Origin: Candidatus Brevefilum sp.
Lineage (GTDB): Bacteria > Chloroflexota > Anaerolineae > Anaerolineales > Anaerolineaceae
Direction of reading: 5' to 3'
DNA length: 40,826 nt
NCBI GenBank assembly: GCA_047921135.1
Contig: JBLRWR010000001.1
Location: forward strand, 1-40,826
Below the pieces are notes generated by a model, which made no database searches, was not told where the DNA came from, and saw only the letters and a program-made list of their open reading frames with translations. Position numbers and translations under genes: made by a program. This document shows, one piece after another, positions 10,899 to 19,746 of this stretch; position 1 is the stretch's first letter, and each line of letters opens with the position of its first letter.

Positions 10899-11217
10899 GA
10901 ACCTCTAGACCACAAGATTCTAGACACTACCCGCGCTCAGGGCTCGTTGATCGTCCCGGCATATTTTCAAATGGCAGTAGCGATGAACCCCTGCCCGTGC
11001 GGGTACTTTGGCGACCCGACCCGGCCGTGCACCTGTTCTTCAACCAAGGCCACGCGCTAGCAGAAGCGCATCTCCGGCCCGCTGATGGACCGCATCGACA
11101 TCCACATACAGATGCCGCGGGTGGATTACCAGGAGTTGTGCAATGGATGAAACCTGCCAGGCGCTGATGAAGACCGCCATGCGCCAATTGCAGTTGACGG
11201 CGCGGGCCTTTAATTGA
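10899..11217 (+). pseudogene. comM: ComM/YifB (Mg-chelatase-like AAA+ ATPase) C-terminal remnant
   Basis: Manual translation: AMNPCPCGYFGDPTRPCTC...R*QKRISGPLMDRIDIHIQMPRVDYQEL, then in a shifted frame MDETCQALMKTAMRQLQLTARAF; TAG at 11058-11060; internal deletion. Confidence 0.85.
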
Positions 11218-11358
11218 GTCCAAACCAACGATGGTGTGCAGCCCGGGAATCTCTCAGGGCTGGTTTCTTGATCTGTGAAATAACCACTCGTGACAGAAAA
11301 TGATCACGACACGGGTGGGCAGGCTGGGACAATGGCCCCATGGATTTAATGTGCAAGG

Positions 11359-11387
11359 TAGACGGGAATATAAATTTGTTGTATGCT
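11359..11387 (+). promoter_or_regulatory. Putative sigma70 promoter for frr-uppS-cdsA
   Basis: TAGACG-17 bp-TATGCT, with AGGAGG RBS downstream. Confidence 0.45.
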
Positions 11388-11425
11388 TAACCAACGAAAA
11401 CGCACTGAACCACAGGAGGTAGAAC

Positions 11426-11983
11426 ATGATCAAAGATATCTTGCGAGAAGCTGCCGAACGAATGCAAGGCGCATTGGATTCATTGGAGGAAGATCTTTCT
11501 GGAATTCGCACCGGGCGTGCCTCACCGGCCTTGATCGAGCGCCTGCCTGTTGAATATTACGGCGCCAATACCCCCCTGATCCAGCTGGCTTCTATCAGCG
11601 TTCCAGAACCGCGCCAGCTGCTTGTCCGTCCCTTTGACCTCTCAACGTTGAAGAACATTGAGCGTGCCATAATGGTCTCTGATCTGGGTTTAACCCCCAA
11701 TAGTGATGGTAAGGTCATCCGCCTGTCACTGCCGCAGCTGACCGAGGAACGCCGGCGTGAACTGGTGCGCGTTGTCAACAACCGGATGGAAGAGGCCCGG
11801 GTGCGCATCCGCAACATCCGGCGGGACCTGATCCGCGACTTACGAGAATTTGAAAAAGAAGGCCTGATCTCTGAAGATGATCAAGAGCGCGGTGAGAAAG
11901 AATTGCAGGAACTGACGGATAAAATAAATAAAAAAGTTGACGAAGTAGGCGAACGCAAAGAAACCGAAATTATGGAAGTGTAA
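11426..11983 (+). CDS. frr: Ribosome recycling factor
   Basis: IRTGRASP, LGLTP.SDG, LTEERRRELV and IRNIRRD; 185 aa. Confidence 0.98.
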   Translation: MIKDILREAAERMQGALDSLEEDLSGIRTGRASPALIERLPVEYYGANTPLIQLASISVPEPRQLLVRPFDLSTLKNIERAIMVSDLGLTPNSDGKVIRLSLPQLTEERRRELVRVVNNRMEEARVRIRNIRRDLIRDLREFEKEGLISEDDQERGEKELQELTDKINKKVDEVGERKETEIMEV

Positions 11984-11990
11984 ATCCTGA

Positions 11991-12716
11991 ATGACATCTG
12001 AAGAAACAAAACCAATCGTATCAAATGTCCCCCGGCATGTGGCTATCATCATGGATGGCAACGGCCGCTGGGCCCAGGAACGCGGCCTTCCCCGCATGGC
12101 CGGTCACCGGGCTGGCACAGAAAATTTACGCACGATCATCCGGGCCAGTGAAGCCCTGGGCATTGAATACCTGACCCTGTATGCCTTTTCAACCGAAAAC
12201 TGGTCCCGCCCTAGGGCGGAGATTACCGGGCTGATGCACATTCTCTCAGAGGTGATTGACCGCGAAATTGGTGAACTGCACGCAGAGGGTGCCCGCCTTA
12301 AGCATATCGGCCACCTGGACGGGCTCTCAAAGATCCTGCAGGAGAAAGTGCGCGGCGCCATCGAGCTGACCAAGGACAACCGCCAGATCACCATCGTGCT
12401 GGCTTTCAATTATGGCGGGCGGGATGAGATCATCACTGCCATCAAGCGCATGCTGGCCGACGGGGTGGACCCGGCCGCGGTCGATGAGGCGTTGGTGAGC
12501 CAGTATCTGTTTACCGGCGATATCCCCGAACCTGACCTGGTGATCCGCACCTCTGGCGAGCAGCGCACGAGCAATTTTCTCACCTGGCAGTCGGTCTACT
12601 CGGAGTGGTATTTTCCCCAAGTCTACTGGCCCGATTTTGATGAAGCGGAATTACGCAAAGCGGTTGACGCGTACGCCAGCCGCGATCGCCGTTTTGGCGG
12701 CTTGAAAGAAGCCTGA
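11991..12716 (+). CDS. uppS: Undecaprenyl diphosphate synthase (cis-prenyltransferase)
   Basis: HVAIIMDGNGRWA, YAFSTENW, NYGGRDEI and IRTSGEQRTSNFL. Confidence 0.97.
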   Translation: MTSEETKPIVSNVPRHVAIIMDGNGRWAQERGLPRMAGHRAGTENLRTIIRASEALGIEYLTLYAFSTENWSRPRAEITGLMHILSEVIDREIGELHAEGARLKHIGHLDGLSKILQEKVRGAIELTKDNRQITIVLAFNYGGRDEIITAIKRMLADGVDPAAVDEALVSQYLFTGDIPEPDLVIRTSGEQRTSNFLTWQSVYSEWYFPQVYWPDFDEAELRKAVDAYASRDRRFGGLKEA

Positions 12717-12735
12717 GGTTGACTCAACACACCTG

Positions 12736-13557
12736 ATGTTATCCCAACGTGTAAAAGCAGCACTGGTCTTTGTGCCCTTGGTGTTAATCCTGATCTACAT
12801 AGGCGGGTGGCTCTTCAACCTGTTCATCCTGGCTATCTTGCTGGCAGGTGCCTACGAGTATGTGCGCTTGTTCAATCTGACTGGCCAGCGGCCTTCCCTG
12901 GTCATTGTGTTGACTGGTGTGGCTTTGATTGTCCTCCAGCGCTGGTTTTTCCCTAATGAAGTCCTGGGGCTCCTGCTGAGCCTGTTGATCTTGGCCACCG
13001 CCATCGCCGCACTGATCGATTATGAGCGGGGTGGCCAGGGTGCTGCCCTCAACTTTGCCCTCAATCTAACCGGCATGCTTTATCTTGGCTGGGTGGGCGG
13101 GGCCTTCATCCCGTTGCGGAGCATGACAGCTGGCCTTGGCTGGGTGCTGACAGCGCTGCCCTCGGTATGGCTGGCTGATTCGGGCGCGTATTTCATCGGC
13201 AAGTGGCTGGGGGTGCGCAAGATGGCACCGCGGCTCAGCCCGGGGAAGTCCTGGGCGGGTTTGGCGGGCGGGGCCCTGGCTGGGACGGTTTTTGGCGCCC
13301 TGCTGGTGCTGTTATGGCGAGCGGTGGGTTTTCTGCCTGGCGAGACGCCCCTGTGGCAGGGTGCCTTGATGGGCCTGGTTCTCTCCCTGCTGACGCCGGT
13401 GGGCGACCTGCTGGTGAGCCTGTTCAAGCGCACCGCGGGGGTCAAAGACACGGGCAACCTGATCCCGGGCCATGGCGGCATCCTGGACCGCATTGACAGC
13501 TGGATTTGGGCCGCGCTGATTGGCTATTACCTGGTCCAGTGGTATTTATTGCTCTAA
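12736..13557 (+). CDS. cdsA: Phosphatidate cytidylyltransferase
   Basis: DSGAYFIG, SPGKSW and FKR..GVKD.G.LIPGHGGILDRID. Confidence 0.95.
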   Translation: MLSQRVKAALVFVPLVLILIYIGGWLFNLFILAILLAGAYEYVRLFNLTGQRPSLVIVLTGVALIVLQRWFFPNEVLGLLLSLLILATAIAALIDYERGGQGAALNFALNLTGMLYLGWVGGAFIPLRSMTAGLGWVLTALPSVWLADSGAYFIGKWLGVRKMAPRLSPGKSWAGLAGGALAGTVFGALLVLLWRAVGFLPGETPLWQGALMGLVLSLLTPVGDLLVSLFKRTAGVKDTGNLIPGHGGILDRIDSWIWAALIGYYLVQWYLLL

Positions 13558-13588
13558 GGACGCACTGCCCACACAGCTTTTTGATTAA

Positions 13589-13618
13589 AGAAAAAAACCG
13601 CCCAAAGGCGGTTTCTTA
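13589..13618. terminator. Bidirectional intrinsic terminator
   Basis: AAAAAAAACCGCC-caaa-GGCGGTTTCTT between convergent genes. Confidence 0.8.
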
Positions 13619-13681
13619 ATATTATTTACCCTTTTCAGGGTTGTCGGCGGTAAGGTTAAAACCGGTGCAAAACGTCCAGGT

Positions 13682-15025
13682 TCACTCCACCACCACGGTG
13701 ATGGGTTTCACCATCCACATAGAGCAGGAAATCTGGTAAGTTCCGGGGGCGGGTGCGGTGAACTCAACGACATTGAGCCCCGGGCTGAGGATGATCACAT
13801 CCGGGTAGAGCCCCCTGGCATAGACGGCATTGGCACAGCCGAGGGAGCCATTGCTGTCAATTTCAAACCTGGTGGGCAGGTGGGCTTTGATGGTGATCAC
13901 CTCGGGATGGTACTCAAACCCCCGGGCTTCCATTTGCATTAGTTGGTAAGGCGTGTCCTCACTCATCAGCTCAGCTGGCGCTGAGAGGCTGGGGGCGTCT
14001 TCCCGGCCCAGGGACGATGGATTGAGCATGGTGATTTGTGAAATCATTGTATAAGCCGCAAAAAAGACGATCAATAACCCCGATAAGACCCTGAACGATC
14101 GGGCAAACCTGGGATTCTGGTGCAATTTGGCGCTGGAAAAGCTGATAAACAGGAGGACAGGTAGTGTTCCTAATGCAAAGGCCAGCAGGATGGTCAGACC
14201 GTCGATAAAATTGCCTGAGCGGAGTGCCCCTGCCTGGGCGATGAGGGTGAACCCGCAGGGGACAAAAAATGTGATCGCCCCCATTAATATTGGCATGAAT
14301 TTTTCCTGCAGGGAGGGTTTGTTGGTCACCCGGCTGACCCATTGGCCGGACATGTTGAGGGGAATTTTCTGGAAAAAGGGCACGCCCAGCATTTGCATCC
14401 CAATGATGAAGATCAACGCAGCGATCAGGATGGTCAGCACGGCTGTGGCCTGCAATGAAAACTGAAATACGCCCCCCAGCAACCCCAGCATCCCGCCTAA
14501 AACGGCAAACGAAACCACCCGGGCACTGTTAAACAGGAAAAAGGGATAAAAACTGCCTTTTTTATGACTGGGTTGGCGGTTTGCCCAGCTTTCTTGCACC
14601 GAGAGCAGCAGGCTGCCAACCAGGGCGGCACAGCTGGAAAAGCCGGCGGCTATACCGAAAAGAAGATAGGCCACGAAATTCGAATCTGAATCGACATAAA
14701 GAAAGTTAAGCAGCGTGGATCGTTCTGCCAGGAAAAACAGAAGGATGATCAGGGCAAAAATCCCGATGACCGCTGCTAAATTCTTGGGTTGTAGTGTTTT
14801 CTTGTGCGGCTGTTCCGTAAATGAGTAGCCATGCTTATTAAAACGTTGATTGAGTTCTTCTAGGGTGGGCAGCGCCCGCTGAGATTTGGCCTGGATTTCA
14901 ACCTGTGAGCCGGCTAAGGACACTTTGGCATCCTCAACCCCTTTAATCTCCCGGAGTGACCGTTCAATAAAGGTTTCACAACCCGAACAATGCATGCCAT
15001 TGATGTAGTAAATTTTCTTTGTCAT
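13682..15025 (-). CDS. Heavy-metal-associated membrane protein (HMA + DsbD/TauE-like TM domain + cupredoxin-like C-terminus)
   Basis: GMHCSGC; SSCAALVG and FVPCGF membrane Cys pair; C-terminal GC...CSMWM. Confidence 0.82.
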   Translation of the reverse strand: MTKKIYYINGMHCSGCETFIERSLREIKGVEDAKVSLAGSQVEIQAKSQRALPTLEELNQRFNKHGYSFTEQPHKKTLQPKNLAAVIGIFALIILLFFLAERSTLLNFLYVDSDSNFVAYLLFGIAAGFSSCAALVGSLLLSVQESWANRQPSHKKGSFYPFFLFNSARVVSFAVLGGMLGLLGGVFQFSLQATAVLTILIAALIFIIGMQMLGVPFFQKIPLNMSGQWVSRVTNKPSLQEKFMPILMGAITFFVPCGFTLIAQAGALRSGNFIDGLTILLAFALGTLPVLLFISFSSAKLHQNPRFARSFRVLSGLLIVFFAAYTMISQITMLNPSSLGREDAPSLSAPAELMSEDTPYQLMQMEARGFEYHPEVITIKAHLPTRFEIDSNGSLGCANAVYARGLYPDVIILSPGLNVVEFTAPAPGTYQISCSMWMVKPITVVVE

Positions 15026-15133
15026 GGAGGCTCTTTCACGAATAATCTATACGGGTAAGCGATTTCCCAATCAGCGATCAGGACTAGCGCGTGATTATAG
15101 CCGATTTTTCAACCAGTGGGCAAGAAATAAACA

Positions 15134-15187
15134 GCCCCATTGTTGAGGTGGTTATCTTCCTCAATGCAATGGGGCCTTTTTCTTTTA
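15134..15187. terminator. Stem-loop, probable terminator downstream of the PQQ dehydrogenase gene
   Basis: GCCCCATTG.TGAGG...CCTCA.TGCAATGGGGC with A-rich and T-rich flanks. Confidence 0.6.
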
Positions 15188-15292
15188 GATCTGTACAACA
15201 CATGAACAACAGCCTATCGTTGGTGGATGGCTGCAAAAATGTACTCAGATGGGTATTTGCTATGTGATGTGTATAAATGCTTTCGTTTGCAA

Positions 15293-16594
15293 TTAGGGCA
15301 GCGTGATTTGATATACCCCGCCGCCGGTCATGTCCGCCACATAGACCTCACCTTGTTCGTCTTCTCCAAAGGTGCTGATCATGAAGTTCGCGTTGGCCAG
15401 GGATCCGCTCTGCCAGGCATTGCCATTGTTGTGCAGGCCCCAGATCCTGCCGCTGCAAAAATCGCCATAGATGTACAACCCATCCAGGGCGGGGTAAGCG
15501 CGCCCGCGGTAAACGAACCCGCCGGTGATCGAGCAATCCGAAGATGAAAAAATCGGGTAAACGTACGCGGGCGAGGTTAAACCTTCTGTCTCGCACATAT
15601 TTGCCCCGTAGCATTCCTCGCCTTCCATGATGTTCCAGCCGTAGTTTTCACCACCCATGCTGTCTGCAGTTTGGAAATTGACCTCTTCCCAGCGGTTCTG
15701 GCCCACATCAGCGATGTACAAGTCGCCGGTTTCCCTGTCAAAGGAAAAGCGCCAGGGGTTGCGCAAGCCTAATGCCCAGATCTCCGGGCGAAACTCTGGG
15801 TCAGCAACAAAGGGATTATCCTCCGGGACCCGGTAGGGGGTGTCGCTGTGGTTTTCTGTGGGCGAAGACCAGATGTAATTCCAGTAAATTTTGCTCAACC
15901 GAAAGGAAGGTTGTGCTTTTAGGGTGTCCATCTCGACATCGATGCGCAGCAACTTGCCGTTGAGCGAGGATGGATCCTGTCCATTCCCCAGTGGATCTCC
16001 GCCGCCGCCGCCATCGCCGGTGCCGATATACAGGTAGCCATCCGGCCCAAAGGCGATTTGACCGCCGTTGTGGTTGCGGTATTGCGGGTGCGGGAAGACC
16101 AGCAGCTGTTGTTCCGAGGCCTGGTCGGCCTGGTTGGGGTCATCAGTGATGGAAAACCGGGAGAGGACGTTATCACCAGTGCGCTGGGTATAGTAGACGT
16201 AAAAATATCCCTTTTTGGCATACCCGGGCGGAAAAGCCACGCTGAGCAGGCCTTCCTCATTGCCCCCGCCGGTGGCTGGGGATTCGACCCGGTCTGAGAT
16301 GTCTAAAAAGGGGCGGGGGCCGAGCTCACCCTCCAAAACCATAATCCGGCCGGCCTGCTCCACGACAAATATTCGGTCGGTGCCATCCCCGGCATGCGTG
16401 ATGTTTATCGGCCGAGACAGGCCGGATGCCACCGGGGCCAGCTCTAAGGCGGGGAGGTCAATGGTGTCCTGTGCAAAAGCCGGCAGGCGGAACAGTGTGG
16501 GTGTGAACACACCCACCACGATTAGAATTTTTACGACCAAGAATGACACAACGTAGGTGAGCCGTTTTTTGGTTAATTTGAATTTCTTTAACAT
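15293..16594 (-). CDS. PQQ-dependent glucose/sorbosone dehydrogenase family protein, exported or membrane-anchored
   Basis: EEGLLSVAF, NHNGGQIAFGPDGYLYIGTGDGG and GLRNPWRFSFD; hydrophobic N-terminus. Confidence 0.88.
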   Translation of the reverse strand: MLKKFKLTKKRLTYVVSFLVVKILIVVGVFTPTLFRLPAFAQDTIDLPALELAPVASGLSRPINITHAGDGTDRIFVVEQAGRIMVLEGELGPRPFLDISDRVESPATGGGNEEGLLSVAFPPGYAKKGYFYVYYTQRTGDNVLSRFSITDDPNQADQASEQQLLVFPHPQYRNHNGGQIAFGPDGYLYIGTGDGGGGGDPLGNGQDPSSLNGKLLRIDVEMDTLKAQPSFRLSKIYWNYIWSSPTENHSDTPYRVPEDNPFVADPEFRPEIWALGLRNPWRFSFDRETGDLYIADVGQNRWEEVNFQTADSMGGENYGWNIMEGEECYGANMCETEGLTSPAYVYPIFSSSDCSITGGFVYRGRAYPALDGLYIYGDFCSGRIWGLHNNGNAWQSGSLANANFMISTFGEDEQGEVYVADMTGGGVYQITLP

Positions 16595-16813
16595 AATTAT
16601 TTCCTTGCATGCTTGTTTTACTTACATATATGATAATGATAGTCTAAATTATCATAATTATCAAATGGTTGTAGAGTTTACGCAGGGGCATACTGTGTAT
16701 CTGCCTAATTAAATGAAAATTTATTTTCTAATTACAAAACAGGCGTGGTTTCAGAAGAAATCTGATAGATTCGGTTTTCCCCCGTTGACAGGCAAACAAA
16801 ATCGAAAGGCAAA

Positions 16814-18874
16814 TTAATTGGATAAGCAGAGCTGTTCGAATGCTGAGCCCGGGCCGGTTTCAACGCCGGTGCCCCGCCAGATGCCGCATATCCGCCCGTC
16901 AACTGCCCCACCGGAAGCCTCACTGACCATTTGACTGATCGAAAGGGCAGTTTCAATATCGCCGGTGCGCAAGAAGCCATCGATGAACACGAAATGTTCG
17001 GTCAGCTCATTGGCTAGGTCGTCACTGGCATAAGCCTGGTAACCGATTTCGGCCACCCGCGCCCAATCTCCCCGCTGGGATGCCAGCTCTGCATCCTGGA
17101 AGTAAATACACCAGTAATCGGTCTCTTCCAGTTCAAATAAATGTTCAGGTAAGGCTGCCCCCGGCGTTTGGTCGGTTTGGATCAGGTCCAGGTTGGAAAG
17201 GGGAATAGCCTCAGACATGGCTTTGGGCAGCATGAGCGGGTTGCGGTCTGGCCGGTTTGGGTCCAGTACGCGCAAGCAGTCTGGGGGTTCTGAATGGACA
17301 ACCAGCAGGTTGTCGGTTGAACTGGAAAAGTGAAAAGAGCGAAAATCTTTCTCAATAGGCCACCCGGCCTCGAGGGTAGGGAACTCTAACCCCAGGCGCA
17401 CGCTGAGGTAAAACACGGCAAAATCAAATTCATTGGTCTTGTTTTCCGTCGCATAGGTCCAGTTGAGCAGTGCGGTCAGGGAATCATCCTGGTAGAGGCT
17501 GAGGGATTGCAGATCGTTGATCAACAAGATCGTCCCGGGCGCCAATCCAGGGGCACGGCGCACCAATTGCTGAAAGTAGCGCTGCAAATCTACCCATTGG
17601 TTGCGGTATAAATTGGCATTCCAAAAATGCCAGCCGATTGAACCACCCACTAAGAACGCGATCAGGCCGGCGGTGATAACCTTTGACCAGGACTTAAACA
17701 CCGGCGCAATCCAGTGAAACACCCCGACCCAAAACAGCGCTGCCCAAGGGATGAAGACCAAAGTAAAACGGCTGTAAAAATGGCCTCCAATGTTCAGCTG
17801 CAGGTTGACCAGCCAAAACGGCCAACCGGCAAAACCAATCCCAGCCAGGGCCATCAGCACTGCAGGGAGGCCAAAATCAGCCTTCTTTTGCTGGAAATGA
17901 TTACGTTCAGATTGTTGCGATTTGCGGTGGAAAAAGCGCAGGAAAAAGAACACCAAGACTGTAGCAAAGATGGTCAGCAGCAAGTATGCCAGCCAGAAGG
18001 TTTGGCTGTAATCCTGGCTGGAAAGGCGCGGGAATGCATAACCCCACACTACGACGAGCGCATCAATAACCTGGGTGAAGACATCCCGCCACCAAGCCAG
18101 GGACACAATGTTTGCGCCCTCACCGCCCAGGAGCTGATAGGTTGGGAACCTGAAAATAAAAACCCGCCAGATCAGGAAGGCTAAAGTCACCAGGCCGTAA
18201 GGTACCATGTGCAGCAGGCTTTTTTGAAGGCGGGATGTGAGGCTGGTGTTTTGGCGGGCGAGGAGTATCCACACCACAACCAGGCGGACGGCCTCCCAGC
18301 CGATATAGTATTCGATGGTGAATTGGCTCAGGCCCGCGGCTAAAACAGCCGGCAGATGCCAGCGCCAGGACTTTGCAATGCCCCCTTCACGCTGTGACAC
18401 TTGCACAGCCTTGACTGTGCCGATTAACGAAAACAGGTACAGCGCCATGGCTGAAAAGTGGTGGTTGTAGATAATGGTCTTGGGTTGGCCCAAAAAACCC
18501 GGGTAGACGGCAAACAGCAGCGCGGCCCACAGGGCCTCGTTTTCATGCTGCGGCCACACCTGGCGCAGGAGGAGCCAAAACAGGAGGGCGCACCCCCAAT
18601 ACAGCAAGAGGCCAAAAATGTGGTACCCGATTGGGTTTGCACCCAACAGCCAGGTCAGCCCCATGAAGACCCAGGCGGAATGCGGACGGTCGGAGGCCAC
18701 AAAGTCCGGGTAACCCGCCGGGCCAAAGCGGTGGTTGACCAGCGCGTAGGGCAGGTCGTCCCAGTAGAGACCCAGGTCGGGGATCAATAAGCCGTAGGCT
18801 AAGATACACACCACCAGCAGGATCAGGGGGACTGACCATGTTGTGGTGGATTTGGCTTTAGTTGCTGTAGACAT
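16814..18874 (-). CDS. Polytopic membrane protein, probable GT-C-fold glycosyltransferase
   Basis: GLYWDD after the first TM helix, RP motif, many TM helices, soluble C-terminal domain. Confidence 0.55.
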   Translation of the reverse strand: MSTATKAKSTTTWSVPLILLVVCILAYGLLIPDLGLYWDDLPYALVNHRFGPAGYPDFVASDRPHSAWVFMGLTWLLGANPIGYHIFGLLLYWGCALLFWLLLRQVWPQHENEALWAALLFAVYPGFLGQPKTIIYNHHFSAMALYLFSLIGTVKAVQVSQREGGIAKSWRWHLPAVLAAGLSQFTIEYYIGWEAVRLVVVWILLARQNTSLTSRLQKSLLHMVPYGLVTLAFLIWRVFIFRFPTYQLLGGEGANIVSLAWWRDVFTQVIDALVVVWGYAFPRLSSQDYSQTFWLAYLLLTIFATVLVFFFLRFFHRKSQQSERNHFQQKKADFGLPAVLMALAGIGFAGWPFWLVNLQLNIGGHFYSRFTLVFIPWAALFWVGVFHWIAPVFKSWSKVITAGLIAFLVGGSIGWHFWNANLYRNQWVDLQRYFQQLVRRAPGLAPGTILLINDLQSLSLYQDDSLTALLNWTYATENKTNEFDFAVFYLSVRLGLEFPTLEAGWPIEKDFRSFHFSSSTDNLLVVHSEPPDCLRVLDPNRPDRNPLMLPKAMSEAIPLSNLDLIQTDQTPGAALPEHLFELEETDYWCIYFQDAELASQRGDWARVAEIGYQAYASDDLANELTEHFVFIDGFLRTGDIETALSISQMVSEASGGAVDGRICGIWRGTGVETGPGSAFEQLCLSN

Positions 18875-19053
18875 AGCGTATCGATTCGATTCAGTTTGTG
18901 TTATGTATGGGCGGGGTGAGGGTTAATGCGGTTTTGTTAAAACAAAACACTGGTCGCCTAAACCTGGTATTGTGTACATGATGGCATCGCATGGGGTTTT
19001 TACAGTGTGTTCATCCCTGGCTAATCGCTGTGGATGAGGTAATAAAGTAAATA

Positions 19054-19126
19054 TACCCTCGGTGCGATTCGAACGCACAACCTACTGCTCCGCAAGCAGT
19101 TGCTCTATCCATTAAGCTACGAGGGC
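19054..19126 (-). tRNA. tRNA-Arg, anticodon GCG (CCA not encoded)
   Basis: GCCCTCG/CGAGGGT acceptor stem, D-loop with GGA (A20), stem ACTGC-TTGCGGA-GCAGT, GTTCGAATC T-loop; 73 nt. Confidence 0.95.
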
Positions 19127-19281
19127 TTGTTTCAGGGGTTAAATTCTATTCCATAAGCCCCAGTCGGTCAAGGGCGCTAACTAAAGCTCCCTGTAAGAAA
19201 TCTGTTAATCCGCCGGGGCAGCACTTGCCATTCATCTGTAAGGGTAATATAATTTTTAGGTCAATAGACAGGAAGTTCCTT

Positions 19282-19578
19282 ATGCCAACCTATACCTACC
19301 AATGTGAAAAATGTGGTGTGCGCTTTGATCAATATCAGAAGTTCACTGAAGAGCCGCTTCATATCTGCCCGGAGTGCAGTGAGCCTGCTTTGCGCAAAGT
19401 CTATCAGCCGGTAGGAATTGTGTTCAAAGGCAAGGGCTTTTATGCCACAGACAACCGCTCGCCGTCTGGCCAATCTTATCATACGGATAAAGACGAATCC
19501 GCTAAGAAAGAAACGACAAGCAAGGCAGACGACAAAACTGAGGCTAAGGCTGAGACAAACAAGACATCCAAAGACTGA
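19282..19578 (+). CDS. FmdB-family zinc-ribbon protein
   Basis: MPTYTYQCEKCG...CPEC...IVFKGKGFYATD with a charged tail; start moved to the ATG at 19282. Confidence 0.9.
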   Translation: MPTYTYQCEKCGVRFDQYQKFTEEPLHICPECSEPALRKVYQPVGIVFKGKGFYATDNRSPSGQSYHTDKDESAKKETTSKADDKTEAKAETNKTSKD

Positions 19579-19598
19579 TTTTCTAAAACGTATGAACG

Positions 19599-19630
19599 AG
19601 GTTGCCACCAAAGGCAACCTTTTTTTATTT
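19599..19630 (+). terminator. Intrinsic terminator
   Basis: AGGTTGCC-accaaa-GGCAACCT followed by a T-run. Confidence 0.85.
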
Positions 19631-19746
19631 AATTTTAGCTATGTTTTAATCAATAGTGCAGGGCCTGGTAAAAATGCAGGGCTGTTTTTTACCGGGTTTG
19701 CGCTATAATCGTAGTAACATACCGAAACATTAAAGAGTGTAATCTT

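Noticed and set aside
11058-11060. TAG read-through (pyrrolysine) in the comM fragment
   Set aside because: The fragment also has a deletion, a frameshift and no 5' part; ordinary decay explains it
10927-11228. Minus-strand ORFs 10927-11223 and 11040-11228
   Set aside because: Shadows of the plus-strand comM remnant
19054-19281. tRNA as an integration site of a genomic island
   Set aside because: No integrase and no duplicated tRNA 3' end seen in the window
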